Notes under the pieces: generated by a model
The model's input: the letters and a program-made list of their open reading frames with translations, nothing else
Databases searched by the model: none
Told to the model about the DNA's origin: nothing
In this document: piece after piece, positions 29,881-41,800 of the stretch
Position numbering within the stretch: position 1 is the stretch's first letter
Layout of the letters: each line of letters starts with the position of its first letter
NCBI GenBank assembly: GCA_000004985.1
Contig: GG738845.1
From: Naegleria gruberi
Taxonomy: Eukaryota
Length of the DNA: 64,000 nucleotides
Strand: one strand, 5' to 3'
Made by a program: the position numbers and the translations under genes

Positions 29881-32800
29881 NNNNNNNNNNNNNNNNNNNN
29901 NNNNNNNNNNNNNNNNNNNNNNNNNNNNNNNNNNNNNNNNNNNNNNNNNNNNNNNNNNNNNNNNNNNNNNNNNNNNNNNNNNNNNNNNNNNNNNNNNNNN
30001 NNNNNNNNNNNNNNNNNNNNNNNNNNNNNNNNNNNNNNNNNNNNNNNNNNNNNNNNNNNNNNNNNNNNNNNNNNNNNNNNNNNNNNNNNNNNNNNNNNNN
30101 NNNNNNNNNNNNNNNNNNNNNNNNNNNNNNNNNNNNNNNNNNNNNNNNNNNNNNNNNNNNNNNNNNNNNNNNNNNNNNNNNNNNNNNNNNNNNNNNNNNN
30201 NNNNNNNNNNNNNNNNNNNNNNNNNNNNNNNNNNNNNNNNNNNNNNNNNNNNNNNNNNNNNNNNNNNNNNNNNNNNNNNNNNNNNNNNNNNNNNNNNNNN
30301 NNNNNNNNNNNNNNNNNNNNNNNNNNNNNNNNNNNNNNNNNNNNNNNNNNNNNNNNNNNNNNNNNNNNNNNNNNNNNNNNNNNNNNNNNNNNNNNNNNNN
30401 NNNNNNNNNNNNNNNNNNNNNNNNNNNNNNNNNNNNNNNNNNNNNNNNNNNNNNNNNNNNNNNNNNNNNNNNNNNNNNNNNNNNNNNNNNNNNNNNNNNN
30501 NNNNNNNNNNNNNNNNNNNNNNNNNNNNNNNNNNNNNNNNNNNNNNNNNNNNNNNNNNNNNNNNNNNNNNNNNNNNNNNNNNNNNNNNNNNNNNNNNNNN
30601 NNNNNNNNNNNNNNNNNNNNNNNNNNNNNNNNNNNNNNNNNNNNNNNNNNNNNNNNNNNNNNNNNNNNNNNNNNNNNNNNNNNNNNNNNNNNNNNNNNNN
30701 NNNNNNNNNNNNNNNNNNNNNNNNNNNNNNNNNNNNNNNNNNNNNNNNNNNNNNNNNNNNNNNNNNNNNNNNNNNNNNNNNNNNNNNNNNNNNNNNNNNN
30801 NNNNNNNNNNNNNNNNNNNNNNNNNNNNNNNNNNNNNNNNNNNNNNNNNNNNNNNNNNNNNNNNNNNNNNNNNNNNNNNNNNNNNNNNNNNNNNNNNNNN
30901 NNNNNNNNNNNNNNNNNNNNNNNNNNNNNNNNNNNNNNNNNNNNNNNNNNNNNNNNNNNNNNNNNNNNNNNNNNNNNNNNNNNNNNNNNNNNNNNNNNNN
31001 NNNNNNNNNNNNNNNNNNNNNNNNNNNNNNNNNNNNNNNNNNNNNNNNNNNNNNNNNNNNNNNNNNNNNNNNNNNNNNNNNNNNNNNNNNNNNNNNNNNN
31101 NNNNNNNNNNNNNNNNNNNNNNNNNNNNNNNNNNNNNNNNNNNNNNNNNNNNNNNNNNNNNNNNNNNNNNNNNNNNNNNNNNNNNNNNNNNNNNNNNNNN
31201 NNNNNNNNNNNNNNNNNNNNNNNNNNNNNNNNNNNNNNNNNNNNNNNNNNNNNNNNNNNNNNNNNNNNNNNNNNNNNNNNNNNNNNNNNNNNNNNNNNNN
31301 NNNNNNNNNNNNNNNNNNNNNNNNNNNNNNNNNNNNNNNNNNNNNNNNNNNNNNNNNNNNNNNNNNNNNNNNNNNNNNNNNNNNNNNNNNNNNNNNNNNN
31401 NNNNNNNNNNNNNNNNNNNNNNNNNNNNNNNNNNNNNNNNNNNNNNNNNNNNNNNNNNNNNNNNNNNNNNNNNNNNNNNNNNNNNNNNNNNNNNNNNNNN
31501 NNNNNNNNNNNNNNNNNNNNNNNNNNNNNNNNNNNNNNNNNNNNNNNNNNNNNNNNNNNNNNNNNNNNNNNNNNNNNNNNNNNNNNNNNNNNNNNNNNNN
31601 NNNNNNNNNNNNNNNNNNNNNNNNNNNNNNNNNNNNNNNNNNNNNNNNNNNNNNNNNNNNNNNNNNNNNNNNNNNNNNNNNNNNNNNNNNNNNNNNNNNN
31701 NNNNNNNNNNNNNNNNNNNNNNNNNNNNNNNNNNNNNNNNNNNNNNNNNNNNNNNNNNNNNNNNNNNNNNNNNNNNNNNNNNNNNNNNNNNNNNNNNNNN
31801 NNNNNNNNNNNNNNNNNNNNNNNNNNNNNNNNNNNNNNNNNNNNNNNNNNNNNNNNNNNNNNNNNNNNNNNNNNNNNNNNNNNNNNNNNNNNNNNNNNNN
31901 NNNNNNNNNNNNNNNNNNNNNNNNNNNNNNNNNNNNNNNNNNNNNNNNNNNNNNNNNNNNNNNNNNNNNNNNNNNNNNNNNNNNNNNNNNNNNNNNNNNN
32001 NNNNNNNNNNNNNNNNNNNNNNNNNNNNNNNNNNNNNNNNNNNNNNNNNNNNNNNNNNNNNNNNNNNNNNNNNNNNNNNNNNNNNNNNNNNNNNNNNNNN
32101 NNNNNNNNNNNNNNNNNNNNNNNNNNNNNNNNNNNNNNNNNNNNNNNNNNNNNNNNNNNNNNNNNNNNNNNNNNNNNNNNNNNNNNNNNNNNNNNNNNNN
32201 NNNNNNNNNNNNNNNNNNNNNNNNNNNNNNNNNNNNNNNNNNNNNNNNNNNNNNNNNNNNNNNNNNNNNNNNNNNNNNNNNNNNNNNNNNNNNNNNNNNN
32301 NNNNNNNNNNNNNNNNNNNNNNNNNNNNNNNNNNNNNNNNNNNNNNNNNNNNNNNNNNNNNNNNNNNNNNNNNNNNNNNNNNNNNNNNNNNNNNNNNNNN
32401 NNNNNNNNNNNNNNNNNNNNNNNNNNNNNNNNNNNNNNNNNNNNNNNNNNNNNNNNNNNNNNNNNNNNNNNNNNNNNNNNNNNNNNNNNNNNNNNNNNNN
32501 NNNNNNNNNNNNNNNNNNNNNNNNNNNNNNNNNNNNNNNNNNNNNNNNNNNNNNNNNNNNNNNNNNNNNNNNNNNNNNNNNNNNNNNNNNNNNNNNNNNN
32601 NNNNNNNNNNNNNNNNNNNNNNNNNNNNNNNNNNNNNNNNNNNNNNNNNNNNNNNNNNNNNNNNNNNNNNNNNNNNNNNNNNNNNNNNNNNNNNNNNNNN
32701 NNNNNNNNNNNNNNNNNNNNNNNNNNNNNNNNNNNNNNNNNNNNNNNNNNNNNNNNNNNNNNNNNNNNNNNNNNNNNNNNNNNNNNNNNNNNNNNNNNNN

Positions 32801-35800
32801 NNNNNNNNNNNNNNNNNNNNNNNNNNNNNNNNNNNNNNNNNNNNNNNNNNNNNNNNNNNNNNNNNNNNNNNNNNNNNNNNNNNNNNNNNNNNNNNNNNNN
32901 NNNNNNNNNNNNNNNNNNNNNNNNNNNNNNNNNNNNNNNNNNNNNNNNNNNNNNNNNNNNNNNNNNNNNNNNNNNNNNNNNNNNNNNNNNNNNNNNNNNN
33001 NNNNNNNNNNNNNNNNNNNNNNNNNNNNNNNNNNNNNNNNNNNNNNNNNNNNNNNNNNNNNNNNNNNNNNNNNNNNNNNNNNNNNNNNNNNNNNNNNNNN
33101 NNNNNNNNNNNNNNNNNNNNNNNNNNNNNNNNNNNNNNNNNNNNNNNNNNNNNNNNNNNNNNNNNNNNNNNNNNNNNNNNNNNNNNNNNNNNNNNNNNNN
33201 NNNNNNNNNNNNNNNNNNNNNNNNNNNNNNNNNNNNNNNNNNNNNNNNNNNNNNNNNNNNNNNNNNNNNNNNNNNNNNNNNNNNNNNNNNNNNNNNNNNN
33301 NNNNNNNNNNNNNNNNNNNNNNNNNNNNNNNNNNNNNNNNNNNNNNNNNNNNNNNNNNNNNNNNNNNNNNNNNNNNNNNNNNNNNNNNNNNNNNNNNNNN
33401 NNNNNNNNNNNNNNNNNNNNNNNNNNNNNNNNNNNNNNNNNNNNNNNNNNNNNNNNNNNNNNNNNNNNNNNNNNNNNNNNNNNNNNNNNNNNNNNNNNNN
33501 NNNNNNNNNNNNNNNNNNNNNNNNNNNNNNNNNNNNNNNNNNNNNNNNNNNNNNNNNNNNNNNNNNNNNNNNNNNNNNNNNNNNNNNNNNNNNNNNNNNN
33601 NNNNNNNNNNNNNNNNNNNNNNNNNNNNNNNNNNNNNNNNNNNNNNNNNNNNNNNNNNNNNNNNNNNNNNNNNNNNNNNNNNNNNNNNNNNNNNNNNNNN
33701 NNNNNNNNNNNNNNNNNNNNNNNNNNNNNNNNNNNNNNNNNNNNNNNNNNNNNNNNNNNNNNNNNNNNNNNNNNNNNNNNNNNNNNNNNNNNNNNNNNNN
33801 NNNNNNNNNNNNNNNNNNNNNNNNNNNNNNNNNNNNNNNNNNNNNNNNNNNNNNNNNNNNNNNNNNNNNNNNNNNNNNNNNNNNNNNNNNNNNNNNNNNN
33901 NNNNNNNNNNNNNNNNNNNNNNNNNNNNNNNNNNNNNNNNNNNNNNNNNNNNNNNNNNNNNNNNNNNNNNNNNNNNNNNNNNNNNNNNNNNNNNNNNNNN
34001 NNNNNNNNNNNNNNNNNNNNNNNNNNNNNNNNNNNNNNNNNNNNNNNNNNNNNNNNNNNNNNNNNNNNNNNNNNNNNNNNNNNNNNNNNNNNNNNNNNNN
34101 NNNNNNNNNNNNNNNNNNNNNNNNNNNNNNNNNNNNNNNNNNNNNNNNNNNNNNNNNNNNNNNNNNNNNNNNNNNNNNNNNNNNNNNNNNNNNNNNNNNN
34201 NNNNNNNNNNNNNNNNNNNNNNNNNNNNNNNNNNNNNNNNNNNNNNNNNNNNNNNNNNNNNNNNNNNNNNNNNNNNNNNNNNNNNNNNNNNNNNNNNNNN
34301 NNNNNNNNNNNNNNNNNNNNNNNNNNNNNNNNNNNNNNNNNNNNNNNNNNNNNNNNNNNNNNNNNNNNNNNNNNNNNNNNNNNNNNNNNNNNNNNNNNNN
34401 NNNNNNNNNNNNNNNNNNNNNNNNNNNNNNNNNNNNNNNNNNNNNNNNNNNNNNNNNNNNNNNNNNNNNNNNNNNNNNNNNNNNNNNNNNNNNNNNNNNN
34501 NNNNNNNNNNNNNNNNNNNNNNNNNNNNNNNNNNNNNNNNNNNNNNNNNNNNNNNNNNNNNNNNNNNNNNNNNNNNNNNNNNNNNNNNNNNNNNNNNNNN
34601 NNNNNNNNNNNNNNNNNNNNNNNNNNNNNNNNNNNNNNNNNNNNNNNNNNNNNNNNNNNNNNNNNNNNNNNNNNNNNNNNNNNNNNNNNNNNNNNNNNNN
34701 NNNNNNNNNNNNNNNNNNNNNNNNNNNNNNNNNNNNNNNNNNNNNNNNNNNNNNNNNNNNNNNNNNNNNNNNNNNNNNNNNNNNNNNNNNNNNNNNNNNN
34801 NNNNNNNNNNNNNNNNNNNNNNNNNNNNNNNNNNNNNNNNNNNNNNNNNNNNNNNNNNNNNNNNNNNNNNNNNNNNNNNNNNNNNNNNNNNNNNNNNNNN
34901 NNNNNNNNNNNNNNNNNNNNNNNNNNNNNNNNNNNNNNNNNNNNNNNNNNNNNNNNNNNNNNNNNNNNNNNNNNNNNNNNNNNNNNNNNNNNNNNNNNNN
35001 NNNNNNNNNNNNNNNNNNNNNNNNNNNNNNNNNNNNNNNNNNNNNNNNNNNNNNNNNNNNNNNNNNNNNNNNNNNNNNNNNNNNNNNNNNNNNNNNNNNN
35101 NNNNNNNNNNNNNNNNNNNNNNNNNNNNNNNNNNNNNNNNNNNNNNNNNNNNNNNNNNNNNNNNNNNNNNNNNNNNNNNNNNNNNNNNNNNNNNNNNNNN
35201 NNNNNNNNNNNNNNNNNNNNNNNNNNNNNNNNNNNNNNNNNNNNNNNNNNNNNNNNNNNNNNNNNNNNNNNNNNNNNNNNNNNNNNNNNNNNNNNNNNNN
35301 NNNNNNNNNNNNNNNNNNNNNNNNNNNNNNNNNNNNNNNNNNNNNNNNNNNNNNNNNNNNNNNNNNNNNNNNNNNNNNNNNNNNNNNNNNNNNNNNNNNN
35401 NNNNNNNNNNNNNNNNNNNNNNNNNNNNNNNNNNNNNNNNNNNNNNNNNNNNNNNNNNNNNNNNNNNNNNNNNNNNNNNNNNNNNNNNNNNNNNNNNNNN
35501 NNNNNNNNNNNNNNNNNNNNNNNNNNNNNNNNNNNNNNNNNNNNNNNNNNNNNNNNNNNNNNNNNNNNNNNNNNNNNNNNNNNNNNNNNNNNNNNNNNNN
35601 NNNNNNNNNNNNNNNNNNNNNNNNNNNNNNNNNNNNNNNNNNNNNNNNNNNNNNNNNNNNNNNNNNNNNNNNNNNNNNNNNNNNNNNNNNNNNNNNNNNN
35701 NNNNNNNNNNNNNNNNNNNNNNNNNNNNNNNNNNNNNNNNNNNNNNNNNNNNNNNNNNNNNNNNNNNNNNNNNNNNNNNNNNNNNNNNNNNNNNNNNNNN

Positions 35801-38800
35801 NNNNNNNNNNNNNNNNNNNNNNNNNNNNNNNNNNNNNNNNNNNNNNNNNNNNNNNNNNNNNNNNNNNNNNNNNNNNNNNNNNNNNNNNNNNNNNNNNNNN
35901 NNNNNNNNNNNNNNNNNNNNNNNNNNNNNNNNNNNNNNNNNNNNNNNNNNNNNNNNNNNNNNNNNNNNNNNNNNNNNNNNNNNNNNNNNNNNNNNNNNNN
36001 NNNNNNNNNNNNNNNNNNNNNNNNNNNNNNNNNNNNNNNNNNNNNNNNNNNNNNNNNNNNNNNNNNNNNNNNNNNNNNNNNNNNNNNNNNNNNNNNNNNN
36101 NNNNNNNNNNNNNNNNNNNNNNNNNNNNNNNNNNNNNNNNNNNNNNNNNNNNNNNNNNNNNNNNNNNNNNNNNNNNNNNNNNNNNNNNNNNNNNNNNNNN
36201 NNNNNNNNNNNNNNNNNNNNNNNNNNNNNNNNNNNNNNNNNNNNNNNNNNNNNNNNNNNNNNNNNNNNNNNNNNNNNNNNNNNNNNNNNNNNNNNNNNNN
36301 NNNNNNNNNNNNNNNNNNNNNNNNNNNNNNNNNNNNNNNNNNNNNNNNNNNNNNNNNNNNNNNNNNNNNNNNNNNNNNNNNNNNNNNNNNNNNNNNNNNN
36401 NNNNNNNNNNNNNNNNNNNNNNNNNNNNNNNNNNNNNNNNNNNNNNNNNNNNNNNNNNNNNNNNNNNNNNNNNNNNNNNNNNNNNNNNNNNNNNNNNNNN
36501 NNNNNNNNNNNNNNNNNNNNNNNNNNNNNNNNNNNNNNNNNNNNNNNNNNNNNNNNNNNNNNNNNNNNNNNNNNNNNNNNNNNNNNNNNNNNNNNNNNNN
36601 NNNNNNNNNNNNNNNNNNNNNNNNNNNNNNNNNNNNNNNNNNNNNNNNNNNNNNNNNNNNNNNNNNNNNNNNNNNNNNNNNNNNNNNNNNNNNNNNNNNN
36701 NNNNNNNNNNNNNNNNNNNNNNNNNNNNNNNNNNNNNNNNNNNNNNNNNNNNNNNNNNNNNNNNNNNNNNNNNNNNNNNNNNNNNNNNNNNNNNNNNNNN
36801 NNNNNNNNNNNNNNNNNNNNNNNNNNNNNNNNNNNNNNNNNNNNNNNNNNNNNNNNNNNNNNNNNNNNNNNNNNNNNNNNNNNNNNNNNNNNNNNNNNNN
36901 NNNNNNNNNNNNNNNNNNNNNNNNNNNNNNNNNNNNNNNNNNNNNNNNNNNNNNNNNNNNNNNNNNNNNNNNNNNNNNNNNNNNNNNNNNNNNNNNNNNN
37001 NNNNNNNNNNNNNNNNNNNNNNNNNNNNNNNNNNNNNNNNNNNNNNNNNNNNNNNNNNNNNNNNNNNNNNNNNNNNNNNNNNNNNNNNNNNNNNNNNNNN
37101 NNNNNNNNNNNNNNNNNNNNNNNNNNNNNNNNNNNNNNNNNNNNNNNNNNNNNNNNNNNNNNNNNNNNNNNNNNNNNNNNNNNNNNNNNNNNNNNNNNNN
37201 NNNNNNNNNNNNNNNNNNNNNNNNNNNNNNNNNNNNNNNNNNNNNNNNNNNNNNNNNNNNNNNNNNNNNNNNNNNNNNNNNNNNNNNNNNNNNNNNNNNN
37301 NNNNNNNNNNNNNNNNNNNNNNNNNNNNNNNNNNNNNNNNNNNNNNNNNNNNNNNNNNNNNNNNNNNNNNNNNNNNNNNNNNNNNNNNNNNNNNNNNNNN
37401 NNNNNNNNNNNNNNNNNNNNNNNNNNNNNNNNNNNNNNNNNNNNNNNNNNNNNNNNNNNNNNNNNNNNNNNNNNNNNNNNNNNNNNNNNNNNNNNNNNNN
37501 NNNNNNNNNNNNNNNNNNNNNNNNNNNNNNNNNNNNNNNNNNNNNNNNNNNNNNNNNNNNNNNNNNNNNNNNNNNNNNNNNNNNNNNNNNNNNNNNNNNN
37601 NNNNNNNNNNNNNNNNNNNNNNNNNNNNNNNNNNNNNNNNNNNNNNNNNNNNNNNNNNNNNNNNNNNNNNNNNNNNNNNNNNNNNNNNNNNNNNNNNNNN
37701 NNNNNNNNNNNNNNNNNNNNNNNNNNNNNNNNNNNNNNNNNNNNNNNNNNNNNNNNNNNNNNNNNNNNNNNNNNNNNNNNNNNNNNNNNNNNNNNNNNNN
37801 NNNNNNNNNNNNNNNNNNNNNNNNNNNNNNNNNNNNNNNNNNNNNNNNNNNNNNNNNNNNNNNNNNNNNNNNNNNNNNNNNNNNNNNNNNNNNNNNNNNN
37901 NNNNNNNNNNNNNNNNNNNNNNNNNNNNNNNNNNNNNNNNNNNNNNNNNNNNNNNNNNNNNNNNNNNNNNNNNNNNNNNNNNNNNNNNNNNNNNNNNNNN
38001 NNNNNNNNNNNNNNNNNNNNNNNNNNNNNNNNNNNNNNNNNNNNNNNNNNNNNNNNNNNNNNNNNNNNNNNNNNNNNNNNNNNNNNNNNNNNNNNNNNNN
38101 NNNNNNNNNNNNNNNNNNNNNNNNNNNNNNNNNNNNNNNNNNNNNNNNNNNNNNNNNNNNNNNNNNNNNNNNNNNNNNNNNNNNNNNNNNNNNNNNNNNN
38201 NNNNNNNNNNNNNNNNNNNNNNNNNNNNNNNNNNNNNNNNNNNNNNNNNNNNNNNNNNNNNNNNNNNNNNNNNNNNNNNNNNNNNNNNNNNNNNNNNNNN
38301 NNNNNNNNNNNNNNNNNNNNNNNNNNNNNNNNNNNNNNNNNNNNNNNNNNNNNNNNNNNNNNNNNNNNNNNNNNNNNNNNNNNNNNNNNNNNNNNNNNNN
38401 NNNNNNNNNNNNNNNNNNNNNNNNNNNNNNNNNNNNNNNNNNNNNNNNNNNNNNNNNNNNNNNNNNNNNNNNNNNNNNNNNNNNNNNNNNNNNNNNNNNN
38501 NNNNNNNNNNNNNNNNNNNNNNNNNNNNNNNNNNNNNNNNNNNNNNNNNNNNNNNNNNNNNNNNNNNNNNNNNNNNNNNNNNNNNNNNNNNNNNNNNNNN
38601 NNNNNNNNNNNNNNNNNNNNNNNNNNNNNNNNNNNNNNNNNNNNNNNNNNNNNNNNNNNNNNNNNNNNNNNNNNNNNNNNNNNNNNNNNNNNNNNNNNNN
38701 NNNNNNNNNNNNNNNNNNNNNNNNNNNNNNNNNNNNNNNNNNNNNNNNNNNNNNNNNNNNNNNNNNNNNNNNNNNNNNNNNNNNNNNNNNNNNNNNNNNN

Positions 38801-41800
38801 NNNNNNNNNNNNNNNNNNNNNNNNNNNNNNNNNNNNNNNNNNNNNNNNNNNNNNNNNNNNNNNNNNNNNNNNNNNNNNNNNNNNNNNNNNNNNNNNNNNN
38901 NNNNNNNNNNNNNNNNNNNNNNNNNNNNNNNNNNNNNNNNNNNNNNNNNNNNNNNNNNNNNNNNNNNNNNNNNNNNNNNNNNNNNNNNNNNNNNNNNNNN
39001 NNNNNNNNNNNNNNNNNNNNNNNNNNNNNNNNNNNNNNNNNNNNNNNNNNNNNNNNNNNNNNNNNNNNNNNNNNNNNNNNNNNNNNNNNNNNNNNNNNNN
39101 NNNNNNNNNNNNNNNNNNNNNNNNNNNNNNNNNNNNNNNNNNNNNNNNNNNNNNNNNNNNNNNNNNNNNNNNNNNNNNNNNNNNNNNNNNNNNNNNNNNN
39201 NNNNNNNNNNNNNNNNNNNNNNNNNNNNNNNNNNNNNNNNNNNNNNNNNNNNNNNNNNNNNNNNNNNNNNNNNNNNNNNNNNNNNNNNNNNNNNNNNNNN
39301 NNNNNNNNNNNNNNNNNNNNNNNNNNNNNNNNNNNNNNNNNNNNNNNNNNNNNNNNNNNNNNNNNNNNNNNNNNNNNNNNNNNNNNNNNNNNNNNNNNNN
39401 NNNNNNNNNNNNNNNNNNNNNNNNNNNNNNNNNNNNNNNNNNNNNNNNNNNNNNNNNNNNNNNNNNNNNNNNNNNNNNNNNNNNNNNNNNNNNNNNNNNN
39501 NNNNNNNNNNNNNNNNNNNNNNNNNNNNNNNNNNNNNNNNNNNNNNNNNNNNNNNNNNNNNNNNNNNNNNNNNNNNNNNNNNNNNNNNNNNNNNNNNNNN
39601 NNNNNNNNNNNNNNNNNNNNNNNNNNNNNNNNNNNNNNNNNNNNNNNNNNNNNNNNNNNNNNNNNNNNNNNNNNNNNNNNNNNNNNNNNNNNNNNNNNNN
39701 NNNNNNNNNNNNNNNNNNNNNNNNNNNNNNNNNNNNNNNNNNNNNNNNNNNNNNNNNNNNNNNNNNNNNNNNNNNNNNNNNNNNNNNNNNNNNNNNNNNN
39801 NNNNNNNNNNNNNNNNNNNNNNNNNNNNNNNNNNNNNNNNNNNNNNNNNNNNNNNNNNNNNNNNNNNNNNNNNNNNNNNNNNNNNNNNNNNNNNNNNNNN
39901 NNNNNNNNNNNNNNNNNNNNNNNNNNNNNNNNNNNNNNNNNNNNNNNNNNNNNNNNNNNNNNNNNNNNNNNNNNNNNNNNNNNNNNNNNNNNNNNNNNNN
40001 NNNNNNNNNNNNNNNNNNNNNNNNNNNNNNNNNNNNNNNNNNNNNNNNNNNNNNNNNNNNNNNNNNNNNNNNNNNNNNNNNNNNNNNNNNNNNNNNNNNN
40101 NNNNNNNNNNNNNNNNNNNNNNNNNNNNNNNNNNNNNNNNNNNNNNNNNNNNNNNNNNNNNNNNNNNNNNNNNNNNNNNNNNNNNNNNNNNNNNNNNNNN
40201 NNNNNNNNNNNNNNNNNNNNNNNNNNNNNNNNNNNNNNNNNNNNNNNNNNNNNNNNNNNNNNNNNNNNNNNNNNNNNNNNNNNNNNNNNNNNNNNNNNNN
40301 NNNNNNNNNNNNNNNNNNNNNNNNNNNNNNNNNNNNNNNNNNNNNNNNNNNNNNNNNNNNNNNNNNNNNNNNNNNNNNNNNNNNNNNNNNNNNNNNNNNN
40401 NNNNNNNNNNNNNNNNNNNNNNNNNNNNNNNNNNNNNNNNNNNNNNNNNNNNNNNNNNNNNNNNNNNNNNNNNNNNNNNNNNNNNNNNNNNNNNNNNNNN
40501 NNNNNNNNNNNNNNNNNNNNNNNNNNNNNNNNNNNNNNNNNNNNNNNNNNNNNNNNNNNNNNNNNNNNNNNNNNNNNNNNNNNNNNNNNNNNNNNNNNNN
40601 NNNNNNNNNNNNNNNNNNNNNNNNNNNNNNNNNNNNNNNNNNNNNNNNNNNNNNNNNNNNNNNNNNNNNNNNNNNNNNNNNNNNNNNNNNNNNNNNNNNN
40701 NNNNNNNNNNNNNNNNNNNNNNNNNNNNNNNNNNNNNNNNNNNNNNNNNNNNNNNNNNNNNNNNNNNNNNNNNNNNNNNNNNNNNNNNNNNNNNNNNNNN
40801 NNNNNNNNNNNNNNNNNNNNNNNNNNNNNNNNNNNNNNNNNNNNNNNNNNNNNNNNNNNNNNNNNNNNNNNNNNNNNNNNNNNNNNNNNNNNNNNNNNNN
40901 NNNNNNNNNNNNNNNNNNNNNNNNNNNNNNNNNNNNNNNNNNNNNNNNNNNNNNNNNNNNNNNNNNNNNNNNNNNNNNNNNNNNNNNNNNNNNNNNNNNN
41001 NNNNNNNNNNNNNNNNNNNNNNNNNNNNNNNNNNNNNNNNNNNNNNNNNNNNNNNNNNNNNNNNNNNNNNNNNNNNNNNNNNNNNNNNNNNNNNNNNNNN
41101 NNNNNNNNNNNNNNNNNNNNNNNNNNNNNNNNNNNNNNNNNNNNNNNNNNNNNNNNNNNNNNNNNNNNNNNNNNNNNNNNNNNNNNNNNNNNNNNNNNNN
41201 NNNNNNNNNNNNNNNNNNNNNNNNNNNNNNNNNNNNNNNNNNNNNNNNNNNNNNNNNNNNNNNNNNNNNNNNNNNNNNNNNNNNNNNNNNNNNNNNNNNN
41301 NNNNNNNNNNNNNNNNNNNNNNNNNNNNNNNNNNNNNNNNNNNNNNNNNNNNNNNNNNNNNNNNNNNNNNNNNNNNNNNNNNNNNNNNNNNNNNNNNNNN
41401 NNNNNNNNNNNNNNNNNNNNNNNNNNNNNNNNNNNNNNNNNNNNNNNNNNNNNNNNNNNNNNNNNNNNNNNNNNNNNNNNNNNNNNNNNNNNNNNNNNNN
41501 NNNNNNNNNNNNNNNNNNNNNNNNNNNNNNNNNNNNNNNNNNNNNNNNNNNNNNNNNNNNNNNNNNNNNNNNNNNNNNNNNNNNNNNNNNNNNNNNNNNN
41601 NNNNNNNNNNNNNNNNNNNNNNNNNNNNNNNNNNNNNNNNNNNNNNNNNNNNNNNNNNNNNNNNNNNNNNNNNNNNNNNNNNNNNNNNNNNNNNNNNNNN
41701 NNNNNNNNNNNNNNNNNNNNNNNNNNNNNNNNNNNNNNNNNNNNNNNNNNNNNNNNNNNNNNNNNNNNNNNNNNNNNNNNNNNNNNNNNNNNNNNNNNNN